From assembly GCA_003152875.1 (NCBI GenBank), contig PMBF01000076.1, positions 180,604-244,603 on the forward strand: a stretch of DNA of 64,000 nucleotides, written 5' to 3'. Source of the DNA: Ignavibacteriota bacterium (GTDB lineage Bacteria; Bacteroidota; Ignavibacteria; UBA10030; UBA6906). Positions 8,843 to 17,277 of this stretch are shown here, one piece after another (position 1 is the first letter of the stretch; each line of letters opens with the position of its first letter). The notes under the pieces are model-generated. The model worked only from the letters and a program-made list of their open reading frames with translations, was not told where the DNA came from and ran no database searches. Both the position numbers and the translations under genes were made by a program.

Positions 8843-10342
8843 TCATCTCAAGACGAGGAGTGACCTCGTGCGTACAACATCTCCCGCCCGCAATTTGTAG
8901 AAATACACTCCGGATGGGAGATGCGAGGCGTCGAACCTCACCTCATGGCTTCCGGCATCCATCTCCCGGTTGATCAGATCCGCCACTTTCTGTCCGAGCT
9001 CGTTGTACACCGTCAGACGGATGCGCACCCGCTGCGGGAGCGCAAACCGGATCGTGGTCGACGGGTTGAAGGGGTTGGGGTAATTCTGTTCCAGCTCAAG
9101 AGAGATCGGGGTGACCGCCTCCTGCGCAGGGACACCAGTGGGATGTGCGGCGAAAAGCTCATCATGCGCCTTCAGGATGACCCCGGGCAAGGCATTTGCA
9201 TTCAGGGCAAAGACTTCAAGATACTGCGCCACCATGGGATCGCCCGTGCCTTTCGGGTAGATCCCGGTTTCAAGCTCGGCCAGGTATGTTGAGTCGGTGC
9301 AGTGCGTGGTGTCCCCCGTTCCTCCGCAGGCAGCACCCAGCCCTGTGATTTCCTCGTTGGTTTGAAATGCGATCATCGTCTTCAGGCTCTCTGCGGCCTG
9401 GACGGTCTCTGTCTCAGCCGGTACACCGGGATAGAGGCTGTTGTTCTGAATCACCAGGTGACCGGGGAACTTCAGGCTGGCAAGTGTCAGCAGCGGCAGG
9501 TTCTGGTTCGGAATTGCGCCGGTGATGACGGAGCCGTCTTCGGCGATTGGAGGAAACGGGTTGGTACTCGCAATGATCGCCACGCTGAACGATTTGTCGG
9601 GAAAACTATTCTTGAACGCGCTGGTTGTGCCGTCCCAGCCTTTGAGCATCAGCGACGGCCTGTACCCTGCAGTCAGCCACGTGGCGACGGCGTCGGATGC
9701 ACATGGGGCCGCGGAGGGTTGCCGCGCGGGCAGATGCAGTTCGTCCGAATCCTTGTTGATCCCGGTCAGCCGAAGGAGAACCACAGCGTCATAGGTGCCG
9801 GCATGTTTGAGGTGAGCAGAGACTGAGTCCAGCATGGAGCTCCACTGAGCCAGGAAAAGCGTGTCCCACGGTGCGGCAATGGTCTCAGGGAGACATGTCG
9901 TATCCACCGGTTTCCGGGTGAAGGAGAAGAAGACCGGCCTGGCGCCGCCGCCGTTCGGCTGGGGTTGAAACAACCAGGACGGCGTATGGTAGTCCGCCCT
10001 TATCGAAAGCTCGACCTTTTTGCCTGCCGAGATTGCGATGTTCATCCACTGGTCCAAGGCGGTCCAATTAAACTTGCCCTTGGCAGGCTCGATATGATTC
10101 CAACCGACGACAAGCACCAGGCCATCGACGCCCGCCACTTTCAGGGAAGTGACCAGCGCTGTCGAGTCTCCCGTCGAGATGGGAAGGGCGTTGCTGTCGA
10201 CATAGATACCCCGCAAATCGGCCACGGTGGGGGTTTGCGTTGGCGATTCAGAAGAGCCGGAGTTCTGGGCAGAAATCGCGGGTTGTATCGCCAGGCTGCA
10301 CCCCACAACGACGAGCGCAATCCCGAGTGTGGTGTTCTTCAT
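8843..10342 (-). CDS. Secreted glycoside-hydrolase-like TIM-barrel protein (GH42/GH35-like fold, family not assigned) with a T9SS (Por) C-terminal sorting domain.
   Basis: Signal peptide; a W..IEP.KG.FNW motif typical of TIM-barrel glycosidases; C-terminus ...LEQNYPNPFNPSTTIRF...GVYFYKLRAGD..., consistent with TIGR04183. Confidence 0.6.
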   Translation of the reverse strand: MKNTTLGIALVVVGCSLAIQPAISAQNSGSSESPTQTPTVADLRGIYVDSNALPISTGDSTALVTSLKVAGVDGLVLVVGWNHIEPAKGKFNWTALDQWMNIAISAGKKVELSIRADYHTPSWLFQPQPNGGGARPVFFSFTRKPVDTTCLPETIAAPWDTLFLAQWSSMLDSVSAHLKHAGTYDAVVLLRLTGINKDSDELHLPARQPSAAPCASDAVATWLTAGYRPSLMLKGWDGTTSAFKNSFPDKSFSVAIIASTNPFPPIAEDGSVITGAIPNQNLPLLTLASLKFPGHLVIQNNSLYPGVPAETETVQAAESLKTMIAFQTNEEITGLGAACGGTGDTTHCTDSTYLAELETGIYPKGTGDPMVAQYLEVFALNANALPGVILKAHDELFAAHPTGVPAQEAVTPISLELEQNYPNPFNPSTTIRFALPQRVRIRLTVYNELGQKVADLINREMDAGSHEVRFDASHLPSGVYFYKLRAGDVVRTRSLLVLR

Positions 10343-10919
10343 GACCCGAATCGTCTCCTAGCATGCACTGCACGTCGACTCGCGAGCACAGATGTCAGGG
10401 GTTCGTAGTGCCAGCTGAGGGCCCGACGCCTCATATCCGTAGCGAACACCGGCATTTATGTCGAAGTTCATTGAAGGCACGGAATCTCCAGAGACCTTGA
10501 GGCGCGGATCGCGCTTCCTGAACGGGATCAAGGTTCTCCATGCGTGCTCCCGAAAGGAATCTGTTGGGTGGATGGCCAACAAGGGGGCCTCAGGGCCCGA
10601 GGGACTACAGATCCCTCTTGCATTACCGTTACTGCACTTGCTCGGCGGTCCTGCTAAGAAAAATCCCCGACAGGGATATCGGGGATCCGTTTCTGCATAA
10701 GCCGTATGTCGCCCGAGAGTTCCAGCTCCATCTTGGACCGGGAGAGCAGCGGACTCAGAAGGACGCTTGCTTTCCCGGCTGTTTCTGTTGCACAATTCCT
10801 CTTCATGGGACGGTCCACTTCGGTCACTGGATGCAGAAGCCACAACCTCACCCGAGAAAAGAAAACGACAACTTCTTCCCGGCAACGGGAGACCTGAAGA
10901 ACCGTCCTTTTATGGCCTT

Positions 10920-13556
10920 CTATTTCAGCACGAGGAGGGTCTTCGTCTCAACCGAGCCTCCCGCCTCCAATCTATAGTAGTATGTCCCACTGGAAAGGTC
11001 GTGGGCATTGAATGTCACCTCATAACGACCCGCCTGTTCGAATGTGTTCACCAGAGTCTGGATCTGTCTCCCAAGCACGTCAAATACCGTCAGACTCACA
11101 TGTGATGCATAGGGGATTTCATAACGGATGGTGGTGGTCGGGTTGAAAGGATTGGGGTAGTTCTGAAGCAGTTGTAGTGCACGAGGCACAGGATGCTCGG
11201 GAATCGGGACATCCGTGGTTGATGTGTTGAATGCAAACGGCATCATCCACAATTCATCAGGAGTATTGTGCCACGCAGGAGTGTGCGAATATAGCACGTA
11301 CCCGGTCTGCCCGATGGTCTGTTCGCGGTATGCAGGGGTCACCAGAATGACATTTTCATCTGTCTGTTGACCTTCCGTGAACTCCTTGACAGGAGCATCA
11401 AAGAACTTCTTTGGCGGCGTCCACGTTACCAGGTCAGCTGATGTGGAGAAATACCACCCCTTTTCGCAAATGAAGATCAGGACATATGCATTGAGGTAGG
11501 TGCTGTACACCACCCATGGTTGCGCTGGGCGCGAATCCGAGAACACTGTCGGAACAACCTGAGAACCGAACCCTCCAATTCCCGGCTGTGACCCAAAAGC
11601 GCCCTCGTAGAATTTCGTCCACGAACCAGGTGCTCCGTCAGTGGCAACAGGAGCTCGCGCAACCTGGATGGTGGAAGGCCCGGCATCTGAGTCGCCCTGC
11701 GTCGGGAAATATGCATAGAACGCGTAGATGTACCCTCCGGCGACTATCGCTCCCGGCTCCACGGCGCCCATTATGCCGCCTTTCGGAAGTGTGTCAGGCT
11801 TGACATCGCTCCCCGAGACCACAGCACCTTGCCGTTGCCATGAGACACCGTTGTCACTAGAACGTGCAAGTCCGATCACACACCACGCCGGATCGTTCTT
11901 TTCGTCGGGTGAACCAATCCCGTAATATATTGACTGAGCGTGGTAGAGCATGAGCAGGTCTTTGCCGTTGCTTGCCGGAAAGACGAGATCCGCCCCGGCA
12001 TAGTCTGCGTCATACTTGCTCCAGCATGTCACCGACCCCGGGCGGCAGCTTGGAGCCAGGACCACCTGCGCGGTGGTGGAGCTCCCGACCGGTCTATAGG
12101 ACAGAAAATCTCTGGTGGTGATCAGTCCGGTCGCCCCGTAGATGCTGTCGCTGTAGAAGTGACCGACAATCCAAACGCGGTACGTCGAATCTGCCTGGCG
12201 GATAAAAGTCATGTGCATGTCGGGCACTGTCGTCATTCCCATTGCGTCGGGTTTGTCCGCGTGGAAGAGCTGTTGTGGAGTGCCGAGGCTGATGTCCACC
12301 TCGGGCGGCAGGGGCCCGGCGACGATTTCCTGATGCGCCAGAAGAATGTCCTGGGGGAAAGCGTTCGCATTAATGGGCCAGACCTCGAGGTACTGTGACC
12401 TTAGGCCGAAGTCCTTCCCCAGCGGATAGATTCCTGTTTCAAGCTGGGACAAGTACGGAGCTGAGGTACAAGGGATGGGATTGGCCGGTGTTCCTCCGCA
12501 TGCGGCCCCCGAATCAGTCAGACTGTAGAAGTTATTCGTCTGGAACCCAACCAGGGTCCCGAGAGTCTGCGCTGCCTGAATGACAAACCAGTTTGCAGGA
12601 GTGTCGTTCAGCAGGAAGTTAAACTGGACCAGAAGGCGTCCAGGGAATTTCTCCGCGGCAAGGGCCAGCAAAGGCTGGTTCAGGTCGGGAACCGTTCCGG
12701 AGATCGTTGCGCCGGACCCGTCAATGGGGGGAAACGATAGCTGAGGCGGATTGGGAATAATCGCAACAGAAAAGGCCTTGTCCGGAAAGGACTTGAGAAA
12801 TGAATTTGTTATTGCATCCCAAGCCTCGAGGAGTTTGGCCGGGCGATATCCAGTGAGTTGCCACAACGAGATTGCATCGCTCACACACGAGAGACCTGTG
12901 GATTGGGCGGTCTCTGCCGGCAGCCGGAGTTCATCGGAGGTGCGATTGATTCCCGTCAATCGCAATGCGGCAATGGATCCGTAGGTCCCGGTGGTTTTCA
13001 GATGCGTGGACACATTTATCAGCAGGGTGTCCCAGAGGGCCAGGTAGTGTGCGTCCCAAGGGGCTGCAATTGTCTCCGTATCACAGACACCCGTCTTCCC
13101 TTCATGTGGGGAAATCCTGAAGTTCAACGGGGGAACACCCCCGCCTACCGGAGCGGCCTGGAACACCCACGACGGGATTCCGCTTCCGGACTTCATGACC
13201 AAAGTGATCTTCAGATTCAAAGAGTCGGCAAGCCCTAACCAGTTGTCCAGCCTTTGCCAGCTGTATTGTCCATGTGCAGGCTCAAGTGCGCTCCATGTGG
13301 TCACCATGGTCAGACCATCAACTCCGGGCAGCCTCAATGCCTCCTGCACTTTCAGACCTTGCGGGCTCGTGTACGCTTCATCGTTATTAATGATGTAGAT
13401 TCCCCTCAGATCTGCCGTTCCGGTCGACACCGCCGATCCGCCTGCCCCCGCAAATGCACGAACCAGGACCACAAGGCTGGATATGGCAATCAATACCGTT
13501 CTCATCCCTTCACCTTTGGGTTTTCTCAAAACCTTCTGCTTTGCGAAACGAGGCAA
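10920..13556 (-). CDS. Large secreted paralog of the previous gene: the same GH-like TIM-barrel N-domain, an extra beta-propeller/beta-sandwich domain of unknown function (DUF4185-like) and a T9SS C-terminal sorting domain.
   Basis: The N-terminal approx. 350 aa align by eye with the 499-aa paralog (ADLRGIY..., ETIAAPWD..., RLTGIN..DELRLPA..., FPDK.FSVAII...). The C-terminus is LQLLQNYPNPFNPTTTIRY...GTYYYRLEAGG. Confidence 0.6.
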   Translation of the reverse strand: MPRFAKQKVLRKPKGEGMRTVLIAISSLVVLVRAFAGAGGSAVSTGTADLRGIYIINNDEAYTSPQGLKVQEALRLPGVDGLTMVTTWSALEPAHGQYSWQRLDNWLGLADSLNLKITLVMKSGSGIPSWVFQAAPVGGGVPPLNFRISPHEGKTGVCDTETIAAPWDAHYLALWDTLLINVSTHLKTTGTYGSIAALRLTGINRTSDELRLPAETAQSTGLSCVSDAISLWQLTGYRPAKLLEAWDAITNSFLKSFPDKAFSVAIIPNPPQLSFPPIDGSGATISGTVPDLNQPLLALAAEKFPGRLLVQFNFLLNDTPANWFVIQAAQTLGTLVGFQTNNFYSLTDSGAACGGTPANPIPCTSAPYLSQLETGIYPLGKDFGLRSQYLEVWPINANAFPQDILLAHQEIVAGPLPPEVDISLGTPQQLFHADKPDAMGMTTVPDMHMTFIRQADSTYRVWIVGHFYSDSIYGATGLITTRDFLSYRPVGSSTTAQVVLAPSCRPGSVTCWSKYDADYAGADLVFPASNGKDLLMLYHAQSIYYGIGSPDEKNDPAWCVIGLARSSDNGVSWQRQGAVVSGSDVKPDTLPKGGIMGAVEPGAIVAGGYIYAFYAYFPTQGDSDAGPSTIQVARAPVATDGAPGSWTKFYEGAFGSQPGIGGFGSQVVPTVFSDSRPAQPWVVYSTYLNAYVLIFICEKGWYFSTSADLVTWTPPKKFFDAPVKEFTEGQQTDENVILVTPAYREQTIGQTGYVLYSHTPAWHNTPDELWMMPFAFNTSTTDVPIPEHPVPRALQLLQNYPNPFNPTTTIRYEIPYASHVSLTVFDVLGRQIQTLVNTFEQAGRYEVTFNAHDLSSGTYYYRLEAGGSVETKTLLVLK

Positions 13557-13559
13557 ATA

Positions 13560-14230
13560 TCGCTAGAAGTTCCATAATTGGCAGAGGCGTTGTCGTTTTC
13601 TCCCGGGTTCCTATGCGCCGGGACCGCCTTTCCACGTGAGGGCTCCGCGCTTGACGTGAGATGAACAAACCCAGGACGCTGCTCCCGGGCCACCGCAGGC
13701 CGCCTGTTTGTCGTTCGAGGGAGGCAGGTCTTCGTTGGTCTGAAAGGCGATCATGGTTCCGAGCGATTGTGCGGCATGGATGGTCTGGGGCTGCGCCGGT
13801 TCTGTCACATACAGGCTGTTGTTCTGAATGACCAGGTGACCCGGGAACTTCCGGCTGGCGAGCCTCAGCAACGGCAGGTTCTGAGCAACACTGAGACTCT
13901 CTTGGTTTGCGATGCTGAAGGGAAGGCCGTTTACAGCGATCGGCGGGAACGGGTACGTGGATGCGATGATCGCTACACTGAAGTTCTTGTCGGGAAAGCT
14001 CCTCTGGAAGCTGGTTGTGATGCCAACCCAGCCCTGCAGCATCAGGGACGGCCGGTACCCCGCCTACTGCTATGTGGTGATGGCGTCGCTGACGCAAGGC
14101 AGGCTGGTGGACTGAGCCGTCTCCGCAGGCAGATGCAGCTCATCGGAGTCGCGGTTAATCCCCGTCAGGCGAACGAGCACAACGGCGTTGTATGTGCCGG
14201 CGGTAATGATGATGTAAGACGCTTTCGCCT
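13560..14230 (-). pseudogene. Decayed internal fragment of a third copy of the GH-like gene. Only the middle part is recognisable, interrupted by stops and frameshifts.
   Basis: ORF 13611..14042 reads ...FPDKNFSVAIIASTYPFPPIA...LPLLRLASRKFPGHLVIQNNSLY...MIAFQTNE, near-identical to the middle of the 499-aa protein. Reverse-strand reading of 14040-14200 gives ...LTGINRDSDELHLPAETAQSTSLPCVSDAITT*Q... Confidence 0.55.
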
Positions 14231-14295
14231 TCTGTTGTGATGGCAAGGACCAACGCCAGCGAGCGTGTGCACGAGACGAAGAAGCATGCCCTCAT

Positions 14296-14514
14296 CTACG
14301 GAGTGTTCTTGCCCCCTGGCCCACAATCTTGTTGGTTCGTTCCTCGAGCTGAGACGCCAATTGCCAAACCGACAGCGACGCCAACAGGAATTGCCCAATT
14401 CCAAATCGTGCTATTCCCGGTAATTAACTGGACAGCCAGCGCAATGACTGCCGCTATGATCGCACCCAGTGCCATCCCCGTACCTGCATTGAGCCGCAGC
14501 AATACTGTTTTCAT
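14296..14514 (-). CDS. Small hypothetical membrane protein of 72 aa with two glycine-zipper-like TM helices.
   Basis: Hydrophobic, Gly/Ala-rich helices GMALGAIIAAVIALAV and WAIPVGVAVGLAIGV. Confidence 0.4.
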   Translation of the reverse strand: MKTVLLRLNAGTGMALGAIIAAVIALAVQLITGNSTIWNWAIPVGVAVGLAIGVSARGTNQQDCGPGGKNTP

Positions 14515-14575
14515 CGGATCCTCATTTCAATCTTCACACCTTTGATCAATCGCGTCTTGCGGTACATCGAGAAAG

Positions 14576-14905
14576 TTATGCAGCACCAGTCTGTGCTCGA
14601 TCGCTTCCCTTATCGGGCCCGGCCAGCCCAGATGGACTCAAGCCTTTGAACAAAAGCCAAAGGCCCAATGCCCCCGCTGTACTGGCCTGCTCATTCCATC
14701 GTTGAACGTTTACGCCGATAACGACGAGCCACAGCAACAGCGATGCTTCCCCGAGGACGCCGGCTGCCAGATTGCAGGGGGACAGGAAGTTTGCGAGCGG
14801 CGGTGACAGAGAGATCATCCAACACAAACCGGCGAACGCCATCAGCGCAGAGAAAACGGCCACTATGCCGAATACTCTGCTGTAATAAGAACGAGACGTT
14901 TTCAT
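14576..14905 (-). CDS. Hypothetical membrane protein of 109 aa with about three TM helices.
   Basis: Three hydrophobic segments; no family recognised. Confidence 0.4.
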   Translation of the reverse strand: MKTSRSYYSRVFGIVAVFSALMAFAGLCWMISLSPPLANFLSPCNLAAGVLGEASLLLWLVVIGVNVQRWNEQASTAGALGLWLLFKGLSPSGLAGPDKGSDRAQTGAA

Positions 14906-15026
14906 ACAGACCTGCTACTCTTCTATGAAGCAAGAGTGGCCAGCCTTGTACCGGGAAAACATGAAACGCTCCCATCCATTACTTGAACAGGAGCGTATTG
15001 AAGGGGCAGGATTTGAAAAGACCTAG

Positions 15027-15099
15027 AGCTGGCGGGCGGATTTGAACCGTCGACCTGCTGATTACGAATCAGCTGCTCTACCAGCTGAGCTACGCCAGC
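15027..15099 (-). tRNA. tRNA-Thr, anticodon CGT, 73 nt with no encoded CCA.
   Basis: The reverse complement folds into a cloverleaf: acceptor GCTGGCG/CGCCAGC, D-arm GCTC-AGCTGGTA-GAGC, anticodon arm GCTGA-TTCGTAA-TCAGC (anticodon CGT) and T-loop TTCAAAT. Confidence 0.85.
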
Positions 15100-15320
15100 A
15101 AGAAAGGCCTGTTAATATAAGGTTAAAGCCTCAGAAACGCAACGATTCAACGTCCACCACTTCCCCTTTCACTGGTGCGACTTCCTCGCTGCTTTCATCA
15201 TATCCTATTCCCGTGTCCAGGAATAGCTCGGCACCCCCATCCAGACCCTTCAAACCGGTGTAGGAGACAAGAGAATCCACAACCATGGAATTCGAATATG
15301 TGTGTGCAAGACAGAGCACC

Positions 15321-16712
15321 TTAATGGATCCCGGGCTCGGTCATCTTGCGCAAGTCGAAGATCTCGTTCAATTTCTCCGGAGTCAGCCATCCCCTCCCCG
15401 CAACGATCTCGCGGAGGGTGCGGCCGGTTGAAAGTGATTCCTTCGCGGCTTCTGCCGACCGCTGGTAGCCGACATGCGGGTTCAAAGCCGTCACTATGCT
15501 GAGGCTCCCTTCAGCATAAGCCCGACATCGTTCCTCGTTTGCCGATATCCCCTCAATGCCTTTCCGCCTGAATGCTTCAATCGCGTTAGCCAGAATTTCA
15601 AGTTCATGAAGGAGATTGAACGCGACAACCGGCATCATCACATTTAATTCCAGCTGCCCCGCCTGTGCAGCCATCAACACGGTTGTGTCACACCCGAAAA
15701 CCTGGAAACACACCATGTCGAGCATCTCCATCATGACAGGATTCACCTTTCCCGGCATGATGGAGGAGCCTGGCTGGACCGCGGGGAGGTTTAGCTCGAA
15801 GAGACCGGTCCTGGGCCCGGAGGCGAGCAGGCGGATGTCGTTCGCAATCCGCACCAGGTCCTGCGCGAGGTTTCGAACCGCTCCGGAGAGTTCCACCATG
15901 GGCCTCAGGCTCTGCATCGCCTCGAAATAGTCCCCGGCCATTCTAAAGTGTATGCCGGTCATCCTTGAGAGCTCCTCAACTATCAGCTGCCTGAACCGCG
16001 GATGAGCGTTCAACCCAGTCCCCACAGCGGTACCTCCGATCCCCAGCTCCTGGCAACTGAATGCTGCATGCCGCACCGGTTCACCATGGTACCGTATGTT
16101 GGCCCCCCATGCGCCGAACTCCTGCCCCAGCCGGATTGGTACCGCGTCCTGAAGATGAGTCCTCCCGGATTTGAGGACTCCATCGAATTCCGTTGACTTC
16201 CTTGACAACGTCTTTTCCAGCTCATCCATGGCCCGGAGCAGAGGACCCGTGAGCATAAGGGCTCCGATGCGGATGGCCGTCGGACAGACGTCGTTTGTCG
16301 ATTGGGCCATATTCACATGATCGTTCGGGTGCACAAGCGAATAGTCCCCCATCCGACCCCCGAGGAGTTCGGCAGCCCGGTTCGCCAGCACTTCATTGAC
16401 ATTCATGTTGTGAGAAGTCCCTGCACCCGCCTGATACACATCGACGACAAACCACTCTCGGTACTGTCCGGAGAGCACCTCATCGGCGGCCTCTATGATC
16501 GCATTTGCGATCTTGGTCTCCAAAAGGCCCAGCTCTCTGTTCACCAGAGCTGCCGCACGCTTGATTTGGACTGTAGCTTCGACGTACGCAGGTTTTGGCC
16601 TCAATCCGCTGATAGGAAAATTCCCCAATGCCCTCATCGTCTGGATTCCGTAGTACGCATCAGCCGGCAGATCCATTTCACCCAGCGTGTCCTTTTCTCT
16701 ACGAGTTTTCAC
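15321..16712 (-). CDS. aspA: Aspartate ammonia-lyase, from the aspartase/class II fumarase family. AspA is favoured over FumC.
   Basis: GSSIMPGKVNP SS-loop and DVYQAGAGTSHNMNVNEVLAN; the N-terminal KDTLGEMDLPADAYYGIQT matches the aspartase pattern ADAYYG better than the FumC pattern ADKLWG. Confidence 0.65.
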   Translation of the reverse strand: MKTRREKDTLGEMDLPADAYYGIQTMRALGNFPISGLRPKPAYVEATVQIKRAAALVNRELGLLETKIANAIIEAADEVLSGQYREWFVVDVYQAGAGTSHNMNVNEVLANRAAELLGGRMGDYSLVHPNDHVNMAQSTNDVCPTAIRIGALMLTGPLLRAMDELEKTLSRKSTEFDGVLKSGRTHLQDAVPIRLGQEFGAWGANIRYHGEPVRHAAFSCQELGIGGTAVGTGLNAHPRFRQLIVEELSRMTGIHFRMAGDYFEAMQSLRPMVELSGAVRNLAQDLVRIANDIRLLASGPRTGLFELNLPAVQPGSSIMPGKVNPVMMEMLDMVCFQVFGCDTTVLMAAQAGQLELNVMMPVVAFNLLHELEILANAIEAFRRKGIEGISANEERCRAYAEGSLSIVTALNPHVGYQRSAEAAKESLSTGRTLREIVAGRGWLTPEKLNEIFDLRKMTEPGIH

Positions 16713-16828
16713 GGTTGTTCCCTCCTTATGTATGGAGAACAGCGGCCAGCAAAGAACGGTTCTTCATCGGATGCGAAGACAGACCAGTTCCAAGCCGTGA
16801 CAAGCTGAACGTGAAGCGATGCCCGGAG

Positions 16829-17111
16829 GCGAGGACCCGGGGGGGAAAGCTCAGAAACGAGAACCTGGAAGGAGAATCTCGAAAGCGAAAAGCCCCCAAG
16901 GGGGAGAGTTTGGACGCGAGGAAGCCGGGGAAAGAGGTCGGAAGCCAGGACTTGGGGGGAGAAGTTCGGAAGCGAGGAAGCCGGGGAAGGAGGTCGGAAG
17001 CGAGGACCTGGGGGGGGAAGCTTGAAAGGGAGAACCCCCCAGGGGGAGAGCTTGGAAGTAAGAAACTGGGGAGAGGCTTCGGGAGGCAAGAAGCCAGGAG
17101 CCGGGAGGCAG
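16829..17111. repeat. Degenerate purine-rich tandem repeat array: about ten copies of an approx. 28-bp unit (consensus near GCGAGGAAGCCGGGGAAGGAGGTCGGAA), including two adjacent 56-bp units of about 88% identity. It lies between the aspA start and the 3' end of the GH31 gene.
   Basis: Read directly; for example 16916-16971 versus 16972-17027. There is strong strand asymmetry: G/A-rich on the plus strand, C/T-rich on the coding-sense minus strand. Confidence 0.7.
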
Positions 17112-17277
17112 TACTCGGCGGCCTTGTCCTTGAAAGTGTGCCAAATGTGAAAAAGTGTCTGGGCGAAGCCGCGCCAATTCCTCCCGAAGGACCTGCCGGC
17201 ATCTGAGCCCAATACGTGAGCGCGCTAGTTTAACATCCGTACCCGGGGACGGATGTAAGCAAGCTCCGCGCAAATCT

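Noticed and set aside
10343-10919. ORF 10358..10885 (175 aa) between the two GH-like paralogs.
   Set aside because: The Cys/Arg/Ser-rich translation is not protein-like. The region is more plausibly a 577-bp intergenic/promoter segment.
16829-17111. Considered whether the tandem repeats here and at 55741..56060 form a CRISPR array.
   Set aside because: The units abut one another with no unique spacers, they are degenerate rather than near-identical, and no cas genes are nearby.
16628-17206. Plus-strand ORF of 192 aa (and the minus-strand ORFs 16709..17212 and 16726..17202) across the GA-rich repeat.
   Set aside because: The low-complexity translation is generated by the tandem repeat itself. 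There is no start-site context, and the ORFs overlap each other in three frames.
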